A stretch of 64,000 bases of DNA, from positions 96,001 to 160,000 of the forward strand of contig JAWLHY010000004.1 in the NCBI GenBank assembly GCA_041690135.1. The letters run 5' to 3'. The first letter of the stretch is position 1, and each line of letters begins with the position of its first letter. The notes under the pieces were generated by a model, which made no database searches, had not been told where the DNA came from, and worked only from the letters and a program-made list of their open reading frames with translations. The stretch is from Armatimonadota bacterium. GTDB taxonomy: Bacteria; Armatimonadota; SYMT01. The position numbers were made by a program, and so were the translations under genes. Shown here piece by piece: positions 1 through 10,014 of this stretch.

Positions 1-28
1 CCGGTTACACCCTTCCTTCTACCCCTAT

Positions 29-1003
29 TCAGGCCACGAACAGTAACCGGCGAGCGGGTGGCACCCGGCCCGCGCTCGTCCAGTGATCCCCGCAATCGCG
101 GCTCTCATAGACATTCCCTTCGGCATCGGCCAGGGCGAGGTGCCCGGGATCGCCCGGTTCTACGTCCAGCGCATCGATGTAGGGCTTGAAGTGCGTGGGA
201 ATCCCCTCGGTGAGCCGTTCCCAACTGCGACCGGCGTCCTCACTCCGGAACACCCCCGCCTCGGAGCCGCTCTTGCGCCGGAACCCACCCGGACCGGTGG
301 TTGCCGCCACCGTGTAGACCCGCTGCGGCTCGCGCGGGTCTACGGCCAGTGGTCGGCAATAGCCCTGCCCTTCGAACCCATTAACCGCGTGCCAGGTGCG
401 GCCGTAGGTGTGGCTGATGCCGAAGCCGTGCCGGGTGGCGGCGTAGAGGGCGCTGCCGTTCCGGGGGTTGACGGCCACCGCGTGCACGTCGTCGTGAATA
501 CCCCCGTGGACGTTCTCCCAGGTCTCGCCGCCGTTCTCCGTGCGGACGATGCCGCCCACCTCGATTGCCAGGTAGACCCGGCGCGGGTCGTGCGGGTCGA
601 TCGCGATGGAGCGGACGTGGCCGCGCGCATGCCCCCACGGCACGCTCCAGCCCTGTTCACCCGACATCCGCCGGATCACAGCGTCCTCTTCCCACGAGCA
701 GCCTCCATCCCGGCTGCGCAACAGGGCGGAGGGTTCCATTCCCGCCAGCAGGTGGTCGGGATCCTCGGGATGGACGGCCAGGGCGGAAAGCTCGTCGAAG
801 CCGCCCGCCACGCCCCGCTCCTTCCACTTCCGACCGCCGTCCGTCGAGCGGTAGACCGATCCGGTGCTGGTCGCCGCGTAACATACCGACGGCTCGCCGG
901 GTGCGCGGGCGAGCGCCAGGAAATCGACCCCTTCGCGAAAGAGGGTCTCCTTCTCGCCATCGCGAACTACTAACCCCTCGCGGGTGGAGATCAACATCGT
1001 CAT
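29..1003 (-). CDS. BNR/Asp-box repeat (WD40/YVTN-like beta-propeller) protein
   Basis: Repeated Asp-box motifs S-x-D-G-G-x-x-W (RSTDGGRKW, RSRDGGCSW, RTENGGETW, RSEDAGRSW, ESRDCGDHW). Confidence 0.85.
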   Translation of the reverse strand: MTMLISTREGLVVRDGEKETLFREGVDFLALARAPGEPSVCYAATSTGSVYRSTDGGRKWKERGVAGGFDELSALAVHPEDPDHLLAGMEPSALLRSRDGGCSWEEDAVIRRMSGEQGWSVPWGHARGHVRSIAIDPHDPRRVYLAIEVGGIVRTENGGETWENVHGGIHDDVHAVAVNPRNGSALYAATRHGFGISHTYGRTWHAVNGFEGQGYCRPLAVDPREPQRVYTVAATTGPGGFRRKSGSEAGVFRSEDAGRSWERLTEGIPTHFKPYIDALDVEPGDPGHLALADAEGNVYESRDCGDHWTSAGRVPPARRLLFVA

Positions 1004-1034
1004 GTCTCACCAATCCTTTCGCTCCACTCCTACG

Positions 1035-1060
1035 TTACCCAGGACGCGCGAGGCTATTCC
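1035..1060 (-). promoter_or_regulatory. Putative SigB/SigF-type promoter GGAAT-N15-GGGTAA for the BNR gene
   Basis: Minus-strand read ggaat-agcctcgcgcgtcct-gggtaa; the same pattern recurs before other genes in the window. Confidence 0.45.
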
Positions 1061-1148
1061 CGCTCGCGCTACGGGTGTGAAGACTTAAGGAGAAGGGAAA
1101 GCGTGGGGAGAGTGCATAGGAGACAAAGAAAACCACGGAAGGAGAGCG

Positions 1149-2498
1149 ATGATGCTGCGACAACCCACAGCGACGCCGGAAGCCCGACGGCTTGGCGAAT
1201 TCATCCATCCTCTAGGCGGGTCGGTGGGAGATTACGATGCCCTGATGGACCTGGTGGGAGACGCCCGTTTCGTGCTGATAGGCGAGGCCTCGCATGGAAC
1301 GCACGAATTCTACCAACAGCGCGCTCTGATCACCCAGCGCCTGATTGAGGAGAAGGGGTTCAACGCGGTCGCGGTGGAGGCCGACTGGCCGGACGCCTAC
1401 CGGGTGAACTGCTACGTGCGGGGCCGGAGCAGCGCCCCCGATGCGGACGCGGCCCTCCGTGGCTTCGAGCGCTTCCCCACCTGGATGTGGCGGAACACGG
1501 TGGTCCGGGACTTCACGGAATGGCTGCGCCGCTACAACGCCGCGCGCGACCCGGGAGATCCCGAGGTGGGATTCTACGGCCTGGACCTCTACAGCATGCA
1601 CACGTCCATCGAGTCGGTGCTCGGCTATCTCGAGAAGGTGGATCCCGAGGCCGCAGCCCGAGCCCGGTATCGTTATAGCTGTTTCGACCACGTGGGCGAG
1701 GACCCGCAGGCTTACGGTTACGCCGCAAGCTTCGGCATGTCTCCTTCCTGCGAGGAGGCCGTTACCCAGCAGTTGGGCGAACTGCGCCGGCGAGCAGAAG
1801 AATACATGCACCGAGACGGCCGGGTGGCCGAGGACGATTTTTTCTATGCGGAACAGAACGCCCGGCTGGTCAAGAACGCCGAGCGCTACTACCGCTCGAT
1901 GTTCCGCGGCCGGGTCTCCTCCTGGAACCTGCGCGACCAGCACATGGCGGAAACCCTGGATGCGCTCGTCGCCCACCTGGAGCGACACGGCGGGATGGCT
2001 CGCGTTGTAGTGTGGGCGCACAACTCGCACCTGGGAGACGCCCGCGCCACGGAAATGGGCGACGGCGGCGAGTTGAACATCGGCCAGCTCGTGCGGGAGA
2101 AATACGGCCGGGAGTCGGTGCTGGTCGGCTTCAGTACCTACACCGGCACGGTCACCGCCGCTTCCGACTGGGGCGCCCCGGCGGAGCGGAAACGGGTCCG
2201 GCCCGGCCTATCCGGCAGCTTCGAGGAACTGTTCCACCAGCAGGACATGCCGGATTTCCTGCTGCCGCTGCGTGATTCCCCGGCAGCCGGACTGCTGCGC
2301 CAGACCCGCCTCCAGCGCGCCATCGGGGTGATCTACCTTCCCCAAACGGAGCGCCAGAGCCACTACTTCCACGCGCGGCTCCCGAACCAGTTCGACGCCA
2401 TGATCCACTTCGACGAGACCCGCGCCGTGGAGCCGCTGGACCGGACCCAGCACTGGGACGAGGGAGAACTGCCGGAAACCTATCCGTTTGGAGTGTAA
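1149..2498 (+). CDS. Erythromycin esterase family protein
   Basis: Motifs [52 protein letters not shown]; C-terminal ETYPFGV; GGAG RBS. Confidence 0.93.
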   Translation: MMLRQPTATPEARRLGEFIHPLGGSVGDYDALMDLVGDARFVLIGEASHGTHEFYQQRALITQRLIEEKGFNAVAVEADWPDAYRVNCYVRGRSSAPDADAALRGFERFPTWMWRNTVVRDFTEWLRRYNAARDPGDPEVGFYGLDLYSMHTSIESVLGYLEKVDPEAAARARYRYSCFDHVGEDPQAYGYAASFGMSPSCEEAVTQQLGELRRRAEEYMHRDGRVAEDDFFYAEQNARLVKNAERYYRSMFRGRVSSWNLRDQHMAETLDALVAHLERHGGMARVVVWAHNSHLGDARATEMGDGGELNIGQLVREKYGRESVLVGFSTYTGTVTAASDWGAPAERKRVRPGLSGSFEELFHQQDMPDFLLPLRDSPAAGLLRQTRLQRAIGVIYLPQTERQSHYFHARLPNQFDAMIHFDETRAVEPLDRTQHWDEGELPETYPFGV

Positions 2499-2567
2499 TG
2501 CGTGAGGCGTAAGGGCACGTGCGGGGGGTAGGATTTGGTTTCAGGGGGGATGCACCTCGGGCAGTTG

Positions 2568-2682
2568 CGTGAAACGTGAAGCGTGAAACGTGAGGTCTGG
2601 GGCAGAACGGGATACCGTGTCAAAAGGGTTCAGAGTGGGCCTCGGGATGGCGCTCTTGCCTGGATGGGCGTGAAACGTGAAA
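2568..2682. repeat. Short heptamer arrays (CGTGAAA)n
   Basis: cgtgaaa-cgtgaag-cgtgaaa-cgtgagg at 2568-2595 and cgtgaaa x2 at 2669-2682. Confidence 0.75.
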
Positions 2683-2850
2683 TGGGAAGCACGAGATAGG
2701 CGTTGTGCTTCGGCAAGGTGCTCATCCGATTCGGAGAAGTTAGTGCGGATCTATCGCTTCTCCGTACGGCCCGTACGGGCGCAATGACGATCTTGGGCAG
2801 GGCCCGAAAACCTGAATGCCCGATCGCCTGAATGCCGAAGGCCTGAACAC

Positions 2851-2932
2851 CCGAACATTTACCCCCCACAGAGGGGCCCGAACATTTACCCCCCACAGGG
2901 GGGCCCGAACATTTACCCCCCCACAGGGGGGC
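2851..2932. repeat. Three tandem copies of a 27-28 bp unit CCGAACATTTACCCCCCACAGRGGGGC
   Basis: Copies at 2851-2877, 2878-2904 and 2905-2932, preceded by degenerate CCTGAATG/CCTGAACA octamers. Confidence 0.9.
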
Positions 2933-2964
2933 CCGAACACCCGGCGGACGGGACGTCCGCGCTC

Positions 2965-3981
2965 CTAAACCACTCTCCCACTCTCTGCCGCCTCATAGGC
3001 GCTGAAGACCAGCTCCAGAGTCCGCAGGTTGTCCTCGCCGGAGGTTTCGGGGGTGGCGCCGGACCGGAGGCAGTCGATCCAGTGCTGCTGGATGGCGACT
3101 ACGCTCTCCTGGATAGCGTGGAACGGCGGGGTGGCCCACGCATACCGGTGCGGCTCGACGTGGGGGCGGATGATCCGGCCCTGGCGGTTGAGGGTAAGGC
3201 GGTAGTCGAGATCCAGGCTTGCCGACCCGGCGGTGCCTTCCAGCAGGACCCGGGTCCGCGGGAACGGCTCTTGCTCGGGGTGGGAGGCATAGCTGAGCTC
3301 CACCACGCAGGCGGCGCCGCTCCGCATCCGCAGCAGCAAGGTAGCCACGTCCTCCCCGCGAATGCCCGGCCGCACACGGGAGGTCACGCAGGAGAGCTGG
3401 TCCACCTCGCCTAGGAAGTAGCGGGCGAGGTCCAGCAGGTGGACCCCCAGGTCGGTGAGTATGAACCGCGGCTCTTCCGCCAGGTAGGGCTGGTCACGAT
3501 ACACGTCGTAGCCGCTGCGCCAGGTGATGCGGCCGAAGAACAGCTCCCCCAGTTCCTCCGCGGCGGCCTTCAATTCCCGCATCGGCCGCTGCCAGCGGAA
3601 GTTCTCGTGGACCATCAACGGCACACGGGCCTCGCGGCAGGCGCCCACCATCGCTCGCGCGTCATCCAGCGACAGGGCCAGCGGCTTCTGACAGATGACC
3701 GGAACCCCGTGACGGGCCGCCAGCTCCACCAGGGGACGATGGCCGGCCGGTTGCGTGACGATGTCGAAGAAGTCGAGGGAGCCCAGCTGGAGCATGGTCT
3801 CCGCGTCCGCGTAGACTTCGGGAATGTCGAACTCCGCGGCGGTGGCCTCCGCCCGCTCGAGGTCCACGTCGCAGACCGCGGTGATCGCACCGCCCTTCAC
3901 CTCCCGCCAGGCATGCAGGTGGTTGCGTGCGAAGAATCCGCAGCCGATCAACCCGCCCCTCAGTATGGACGCATCTGCCAT
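2965..3981 (-). CDS. apsD: Gfo/Idh/MocA oxidoreductase, probable D-apiose dehydrogenase
   Basis: GLIGCGFFA Rossmann motif, CQKP, MVHENFRWQ, QPYLAEEPRFILTDLGVH, IQESVVAIQQHW, TSGEDNL; resembles ApsD as I recall it; adjacent to an ApnL-like gene; start set at MADAS. Confidence 0.75.
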   Translation of the reverse strand: MADASILRGGLIGCGFFARNHLHAWREVKGGAITAVCDVDLERAEATAAEFDIPEVYADAETMLQLGSLDFFDIVTQPAGHRPLVELAARHGVPVICQKPLALSLDDARAMVGACREARVPLMVHENFRWQRPMRELKAAAEELGELFFGRITWRSGYDVYRDQPYLAEEPRFILTDLGVHLLDLARYFLGEVDQLSCVTSRVRPGIRGEDVATLLLRMRSGAACVVELSYASHPEQEPFPRTRVLLEGTAGSASLDLDYRLTLNRQGRIIRPHVEPHRYAWATPPFHAIQESVVAIQQHWIDCLRSGATPETSGEDNLRTLELVFSAYEAAESGRVV

Positions 3982-3985
3982 CGGT

Positions 3986-5986
3986 TCACTCCCGATCGAT
4001 CCGGACCACCGCGTGGGGCCGCAGCTCCAGATGAAGGCTTCCGTCCGTGAATCGCCACTCCCAGGCGCCAACCGGCTCCGCATCCTGGGGAACGCGGAAC
4101 GCTTCGGGGTCCCGCGCGGCCAATTCGCTGGTTGTTTCGTCCAGCGTACGCACCCGCACCTTCCCGGCCGGGAAATCGAGGCTCACCAAGCGAGGCGCGC
4201 CGGTCAGGTTGGCCACCAGCACCCGCAGCCGTTCCCCGTCCCCGGACCGGAGATAGACCCCCTCGACTTCCAGGGGTCGACTGCTGCGACACGCCAGCAA
4301 ACTTCCACCCCGGCACTCCTGGAAGTCCCGCAAGACATGATAGAGCGGGAACACGGTTCCCGGCACGCTGGGGAACGGGGCGGGCGATCCGTCATCCGAT
4401 TCCATCACGCCCCGCCAGCCGGTGGTCTCGTAGTAGGTGATGCCGGCCGCGCCGCTCTGCGTGACGTACTTCAGGCTCCCCAGCGTCCAACCTGCCGCGA
4501 ACAGCGACGGCTGCCGGGGATCGACCGCCCACGGCAGCGCGCCGGGATGGGGCGGGGCTTCGGGTCCCGTGGCCACGGCGTTGAAGCGCGGCCGGAGGGT
4601 AACCGGCGAGACGTACACCTCGCGAGCGGGGAACCGGGCCTGCGCACTCCGGACGGCGACCTCCTGCATCGGCAGAGTTTCGACGAGGGAGGCATCATCG
4701 AACGCGTGCACCTGTGGGTTGACGGCAAAGCTCACGAAATCGAGATCCGCAGCGGCCAGGGAGCTCCGGTTCAGTTCGGCGAAATTCGTGTTAGAGCCGC
4801 CGCCGACCACCGGTTCCGGCTGATACGCCGTAAGCACTTCTCGTGCCCACGCCAGCCCTTCCGCATCGGAGACCAGCCGCCCGCCGCGGAAGACGAGCCA
4901 CCGCGCCACCTCGGGCCGAAGCCGCTCCAACTCCGCCACCAGCAGCCCGCGTACAGTCTCCGGGTCCTCCGGCAGGAACCACGCGAGTTCCAATGGCACC
5001 CCGAGTAGCCGGGACTGTTCCGCGGCCAGCTCCAGCGCGACCGGAAAATCCGGGGCGTCCGGCCGCACGTCGGCGCGGAGATGGGAGAGGCGGAGGGCCC
5101 GGAGCAGCTCCACCTCGCGTGGGGAAAGCGGACGACCGTGACCGGCCACCTGCAGGCCAACATCCGGTAGAGGATAGGAACGATCCGGGTCAAGGCGCAG
5201 GCGCACCGGTTCGTCGCCGCTACCTGTACCGGAACCCAGGAGCGGCGGCATCGACGGACGTTCACAGTTCGGCGAGTGCAGGCGCAGGCGGACGGACTGC
5301 CGTACGCGTGTACCCGCCGCGATCTCTACCGGGAACGGCTGGTCCAGTGGAGTGCAGTACGTCTTGAAGGAGGCGTCGGTCCAATTGCGCTGGTCCTCCA
5401 TCTCAAAGGCCTCGTCCTCCATCCGGACCTCGAACCGCCACTTTCCCCAGTCCGCTCCCGCATTGGGGCCCACCGGCTCCGTGAGGACACGGATCTCTCG
5501 GAACGGCTGGTGGGGAGAGATCTGCTCCGGAAAAACTCCCGTTTCCACAGTGCCGTCCACATGCTCCACCCGTACTTCCTGCCCCGCGCAGGTCTCCGCG
5601 GGGTGCAGGACACAAAAGCCTATACGGTTCTTGAGGAACGTGGATCGGGCGACCCCGTCGAGCGAGTAGGTCAGCGTTCCATCCGCCTCACCGGCCAGCG
5701 CCCCACTCCAGGTGAACCAGACCGGATCCCGCCGGCACTCCACCTCAAAGGTGACCTGAAACGATCGCTCCGCGACGGCAACCTTCAGATCCCGGACCTC
5801 GGGCTCGATCGTGTCCCAATTCTCGTTGCGCACGGCGGCGTACACGCCCCGCAGCAGTTCCCGCTCCCCCAGGCGCACGTACCGCAGGAAGCCGGTATCC
5901 GCTTCCAGGACCATGGTCAGGGGGCCGGCACGTAATTCCATCGGTTTGCCCATGTGAGGTTGCGAGTGTGACGGGTCGGTAGACAT
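3986..5986 (-). CDS. apnL: D-apionate lactonase-like protein
   Basis: LRYVRLGERELLRGVYAAVRNENWDT, NRIGFCVLHP, FEMEDQRNWTDASFKTY, FAELNR, QVHAFDDASLVETL, DPRQPSLFAAGW; start uncertain (ORF open to 6106). Confidence 0.7.
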   Translation of the reverse strand: MSTDPSHSQPHMGKPMELRAGPLTMVLEADTGFLRYVRLGERELLRGVYAAVRNENWDTIEPEVRDLKVAVAERSFQVTFEVECRRDPVWFTWSGALAGEADGTLTYSLDGVARSTFLKNRIGFCVLHPAETCAGQEVRVEHVDGTVETGVFPEQISPHQPFREIRVLTEPVGPNAGADWGKWRFEVRMEDEAFEMEDQRNWTDASFKTYCTPLDQPFPVEIAAGTRVRQSVRLRLHSPNCERPSMPPLLGSGTGSGDEPVRLRLDPDRSYPLPDVGLQVAGHGRPLSPREVELLRALRLSHLRADVRPDAPDFPVALELAAEQSRLLGVPLELAWFLPEDPETVRGLLVAELERLRPEVARWLVFRGGRLVSDAEGLAWAREVLTAYQPEPVVGGGSNTNFAELNRSSLAAADLDFVSFAVNPQVHAFDDASLVETLPMQEVAVRSAQARFPAREVYVSPVTLRPRFNAVATGPEAPPHPGALPWAVDPRQPSLFAAGWTLGSLKYVTQSGAAGITYYETTGWRGVMESDDGSPAPFPSVPGTVFPLYHVLRDFQECRGGSLLACRSSRPLEVEGVYLRSGDGERLRVLVANLTGAPRLVSLDFPAGKVRVRTLDETTSELAARDPEAFRVPQDAEPVGAWEWRFTDGSLHLELRPHAVVRIDRE

Positions 5987-6150
5987 GACTCGCACTGTGC
6001 TCCTCATTGCCGACCCAGTTGCGTTAACTTTGGCGAGGCCGGTGACCAAAGTGACCTCACCCCGCCACCCTGAGGGTGCCCCCTGCCCAAAGGGCACCCG
6101 TCCCACGCAGCGGTAGAGGGGAGTCCCGTCCCCTCTACAGGCGTAAGTTT

Positions 6151-6202
6151 CACAAAAGCAGAATGGGAGAACGGGGACCTCGCAGCCCCTGTTCTCCCAT
6201 TC
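6151..6202 (-). terminator. Probable intrinsic terminator downstream of gndA
   Basis: Inverted repeat gaatgggagaac/gttctcccattc (12 bp perfect), followed on the minus strand by TGCTTTTG. Confidence 0.6.
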
Positions 6203-6239
6203 GCCGTTTCTCTCCGCGTGAGCGGCCCGCGCTATGGCG

Positions 6240-7646
6240 TTAGATCCACTCGGTGTGGAAGACGCCCTCGCGGTCCGTCCGCTGGTAGGTGTGGGCGCCG
6301 AAGTAGTCGCGCTGGGCCTGGATCAGGTTCGCGGGCAGGCGGGCCGTGCGGTACATGTCGAAGTAGCCGAGCGCGCTGGAGAAGGCCAGCACCGGGATGC
6401 CGGACTGGACCGCCAGCGCCACCACCTCGCGCCAGGCGCCCTGGCACTCGTCCACATGCTGGCGGAACTCGTCGTCCACCAGCAGGTTCGGGAGGGCCGG
6501 GTTGCGGCGGTAGGCATGGCTGATTTGATCGAGCAGCCGCGCGCGGATGATGCAGCCGCCCTTCCAGATGCGAGCGATCTCGGCCAGGTCGAGGTCGTAG
6601 TTGTACTCTTCGCCGGCCTGGCGGATCAGCGCCATGCCCTGGGCGTAGGAGCAGATCTTTGCCGCGTAAAGGGCATCGCGGACGAGGCCGATCAGCCGCT
6701 TCCGGTCGATCTCCACGCCACCGAGCTTAGGACCGGAGAGGACCTGGCTTGCCGCCACGCGCTCGCTCTTGAACGAGGAGAGGATGCGCGCCTCGACGGC
6801 GGCGTTGATGGTGGGGATCGCCGCGCCCAGGTCGAAGGCGTTCTGGCTGGTCCACTTGCCGGTGCCCTTCTGGCCCGCGGTGTCGAGGATCAGCTCCACC
6901 AGCGGCTTGCCGGTTTCGGGGTCGGTCTTGCGGAAGATATCGCGGGTGATCTCGATGAGGTAGCTCTGCAGCGCGCCCGCGTTCCATTCCTCGAACACGT
7001 CGCCGAGCTCCTGGGCGGAGAGACCGCCCACGCGGCTGAGGATGTCGTAAGCCTCGCCGATGAGCTGCATATCCGCATACTCGATGCCGTTGTGGACCAT
7101 CTTCACGTAATGGCCCGCACCTCCCGGTCCGATGTAGGAGACACACGGACCGTCGTCCACCTGGGCGGCGATCTTCGTGAGCACCGGCGCCAGGGCTTCC
7201 CACGACTCGCGGGTACCGCCCGGCATGATGCTGGGACCGTGCCTCGCCCCTTCTTCCCCTCCGGAAACGCCCATCCCCACGTACTGCAGGCCGGCTTCCG
7301 CGAACTCCTTGCTGCGCCGCTCGGTGTCCAGGAACCAGGAGTTGCCTGCGTCGATGAAGATGTCGCCGGGCTCCAGCAGCGGCTTGAGGAGGGCCATCTG
7401 CTCATCGACGGCCGGCCCCGCCTTCACCATCACGATGATGCGCCGCGGCCGCTCCAGCGAGCGGACGAACTCCTCGATGCTGTGGGTGCCGACCAGTTTC
7501 TTGCCGGGGTTGCGCTCCAGGAACGCGTCCACCTTCGAGACGGTGCGGTTAAAGACGGCGATCGGGAACCCCTTCTCCTCAATGTTGAGGGCCAGGTTCT
7601 CTCCCATCACCGCCAGTCCGATCAAACCAATATGCGCCTGGCTCAT
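6240..7646 (-). CDS. gndA: NADP-dependent 6-phosphogluconate dehydrogenase, decarboxylating
   Basis: IGLIGLAVMGENLALN, GVSGGEEGA, GAGHYVKMVHNGIEY, QKGTGKWT, QAQRDYFGAHTY, FHTEW. Confidence 0.97.
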   Translation of the reverse strand: MSQAHIGLIGLAVMGENLALNIEEKGFPIAVFNRTVSKVDAFLERNPGKKLVGTHSIEEFVRSLERPRRIIVMVKAGPAVDEQMALLKPLLEPGDIFIDAGNSWFLDTERRSKEFAEAGLQYVGMGVSGGEEGARHGPSIMPGGTRESWEALAPVLTKIAAQVDDGPCVSYIGPGGAGHYVKMVHNGIEYADMQLIGEAYDILSRVGGLSAQELGDVFEEWNAGALQSYLIEITRDIFRKTDPETGKPLVELILDTAGQKGTGKWTSQNAFDLGAAIPTINAAVEARILSSFKSERVAASQVLSGPKLGGVEIDRKRLIGLVRDALYAAKICSYAQGMALIRQAGEEYNYDLDLAEIARIWKGGCIIRARLLDQISHAYRRNPALPNLLVDDEFRQHVDECQGAWREVVALAVQSGIPVLAFSSALGYFDMYRTARLPANLIQAQRDYFGAHTYQRTDREGVFHTEWI

Positions 7647-7706
7647 GCGCGCGAATCCTTCCTCCATGGGGCCGCGGAATCGTCGCGGCCAACGACAGCA
7701 CCCAAA

Positions 7707-8828
7707 TCATAGCACAGAGGCCAGAGCCGAAAGGAAACGCTCCACATCTTCCGGGGTGTTGTAGGCGTGGAGGGCGATCCGCACGCGTCCCGCGCTGTGC
7801 ATCACGTGGATCTTCTGCTCGGCCAGCGCGGCGTGGATCTCCGCCATGCGCGAGTGCCGGAAAGCCAGGATTCCCGCCAGTGACTCGTCCGCCGTGGGGG
7901 TCAGCACTTCCACCGGGAGCTTTCGCAGCCCTTCCAGACAGGCATGGACCAGCGGCCGGGCGGTCCGATCGATCGCCTCGACGCCCACGCCGCGGATGTA
8001 CTCCAGGGCCGCGCGGATTCCGTAGATCGCCGGGAAGTTCGGCATTCCCACCATATAGCTGGCGGCCCCCGGCTTACTGACGGCTACCTGGTCCGCGCCT
8101 GGCCCGAAGGGGTCTTCCAGGTTGAACCACCCGCCCGCCGGCGACCGGAGCTCATCCGCCCGCGCCGACGGGATGCCGACCAGCCCCCCGCCGTGCGGCC
8201 CGCAGATCCACTTGTGCGTGCTGCTGACGATCAGGTCCACGCCCGCCAGGGACAGCGGGATCCGCCCCAGCGCCTGCGTGACGTCCACGGCCAGGAGCGC
8301 ACCCGAATGGCGGCGGACCGTCTCCAGCACCGCGGGCAGGTCGATGGTGTAGCCGTTGAAGTAGCTGACCAACGACACCGTCACCAGCCGGGTGCGAGGC
8401 GTCAGGAGCGGGGCCAGATCCTCGGCCCGGAGCGCCCCCTCCCGCGCGGACCACATCCGGGTCTCCGCCGGGCAGCTCGCCTGCAGGAACGGGGTCCGAC
8501 CCGCGGGGAAGTCCAGGTCGTTGATCACCACTTCGTCGCCGGGCTGCAGCCGGAGCGCGAGAGCTGCGAGATTGTACGCCTCGGAGCTGCAAGAGCAGAT
8601 GCCGATCTCGTCCGGCGTCAGCCCGTAGAACTCCGCGGTCAGCTCCCGCAGGGCGGTCCACTGCGCCATGTGCTGCTCCCGGCCCGGGGAGCCCAACTGC
8701 TTGTGGCGGAAATACTCCGCCAGGGCCTCGCCTACCGCCAGCGGGGAGATCCCCTCGGCCGCCGTGTTCAAATAAGTCATGCCGGCCAGTGTCGGAAACT
8801 GGCCGCTGCGTTCTACCGGATCGATCAT
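7707..8828 (-). CDS. Class V PLP-dependent aminotransferase-fold enzyme
   Basis: YLNTAAEG, DVTQALG, SSTHKW (PLP lysine), RIALHAYNT; start overlaps the stop of the upstream M20 gene (ATGA). Confidence 0.85.
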   Translation of the reverse strand: MIDPVERSGQFPTLAGMTYLNTAAEGISPLAVGEALAEYFRHKQLGSPGREQHMAQWTALRELTAEFYGLTPDEIGICSCSSEAYNLAALALRLQPGDEVVINDLDFPAGRTPFLQASCPAETRMWSAREGALRAEDLAPLLTPRTRLVTVSLVSYFNGYTIDLPAVLETVRRHSGALLAVDVTQALGRIPLSLAGVDLIVSSTHKWICGPHGGGLVGIPSARADELRSPAGGWFNLEDPFGPGADQVAVSKPGAASYMVGMPNFPAIYGIRAALEYIRGVGVEAIDRTARPLVHACLEGLRKLPVEVLTPTADESLAGILAFRHSRMAEIHAALAEQKIHVMHSAGRVRIALHAYNTPEDVERFLSALASVL

Positions 8829-9964
8829 GCTATCCCCCACCACCGGGCAAAGATGCCGGCCAGCTTGTCCAACTCCGAAACTTCCACCCACTCCTCGGCT
8901 CCGTGGGCCTGGTCGATCGAGCCGGGACCGATGACCACGCAGGCGCGCGCCACGTCCGGATAGGCCCAGGCGTTCGTGCAGTACGGAACGACCGCCGGCT
9001 CGCGGCCGGACCACTCCGCCAGACCCGCCACCCACGGGTGCGCCGGGTCCTGCGCGAAGGCGTGGATCTGCTTGAGAATGCGGCTGGTGACCGGCAGCTC
9101 GCAGGTAGCCCGCGCCAGGATCGTGAGGGCCGCCGCCACCTCTTCCGCGCGCTCGCCGTCGATCAGTCGGCGGTCGATCCCGAGCACGCAGGAGTCGGGG
9201 ACCACGTTCATGCCGCGGCCGCCTCGCACGATCGTCACGGTGAGCGTGGGGGCGCCCAGGGTCGGAGACTGGACTTCCCGCTGGAGACGCTCGTTCTCCT
9301 GGGCGAAGGCGAGGCTGAGGCGCGCGCCTTCCAGGACGGCGTTCTTCCCCAGGTGCGGCTGCGACGAGTGGGCGGCCACCCCTTCGATCTCGAACTCCAT
9401 CCGCAGCACGCCCTTATGGCCCACCACGGGGCCGCAGAACGTCGGCTCCGCCACCGCCAGCTCGTCCAGCACCAGGCCGCGCTGCCGCAACCAGGCGGCG
9501 CAGGCCGGGGCGCCGTGGGCATCGACCTCTTCATCCACCGTGGCCGACACGAACAGGTTCGGTTCGGGCCGGGCGCCTCTCCGAACCAACTCCTCCAGCA
9601 GCGCCAGCGTCACCGCCAGGGTGGCCTTCGTGTCTACCGCGCCCCGACCGTGCACCTTGCCGCCGGCCAGCTCCCCGCTGAACGGCTCTCCGGTCATCTG
9701 CTCGACGCCGACCGTATCGAGGTGGACATCGACCCCGGCCCAGCGCTCGGTTTGGCCCTTCCAGAGCCCGTAGATGTTGCTGCGACCCGGCAGCACCTCT
9801 TCGCGATGGACCTCCGCCCCCAACTCGCGGAACCACCCTTCCACTGCATCGCCGATGCGCCCTTCCCCCGGCGTGCCGGCGCGTGGGCCGGCCTGGGAAG
9901 GGGAAACGCTGGGAATCCGTACGAGGCGACTGAGCCAGCCGGCCACCTGCTCTCCTGACACCAT
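8825..9964 (-). CDS. M20 family metallopeptidase (ArgE/DapE-like deacylase)
   Basis: HLDTV, GRGAVDTK, DEE, AHSSQPHLGKNA, GPGSIDQAHGAEE. Confidence 0.9.
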   Translation of the reverse strand: MVSGEQVAGWLSRLVRIPSVSPSQAGPRAGTPGEGRIGDAVEGWFRELGAEVHREEVLPGRSNIYGLWKGQTERWAGVDVHLDTVGVEQMTGEPFSGELAGGKVHGRGAVDTKATLAVTLALLEELVRRGARPEPNLFVSATVDEEVDAHGAPACAAWLRQRGLVLDELAVAEPTFCGPVVGHKGVLRMEFEIEGVAAHSSQPHLGKNAVLEGARLSLAFAQENERLQREVQSPTLGAPTLTVTIVRGGRGMNVVPDSCVLGIDRRLIDGERAEEVAAALTILARATCELPVTSRILKQIHAFAQDPAHPWVAGLAEWSGREPAVVPYCTNAWAYPDVARACVVIGPGSIDQAHGAEEWVEVSELDKLAGIFARWWGIA

Positions 9965-10014
9965 GCAAAGAACCTCCCGGTTTCCGGCCTCGCGCCGAAA
10001 ACCTCCCGAACAGG

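Noticed and set aside
1149-2498. Macrolide resistance gene (ereA/ereB)
   Set aside because: It belongs to the broad chromosomal erythromycin-esterase-like family with no mobile context; resistance cannot be inferred.
2851-2932. Possible CRISPR array
   Set aside because: Units are directly tandem with no unique spacers, and no cas genes are in the window.
6234-7712. Long antisense ORFs (also 17476-18876, 19704-21050, 30502-31980, 51287-53359)
   Set aside because: They are shadow ORFs opposite well-supported genes, as expected in high-GC DNA.
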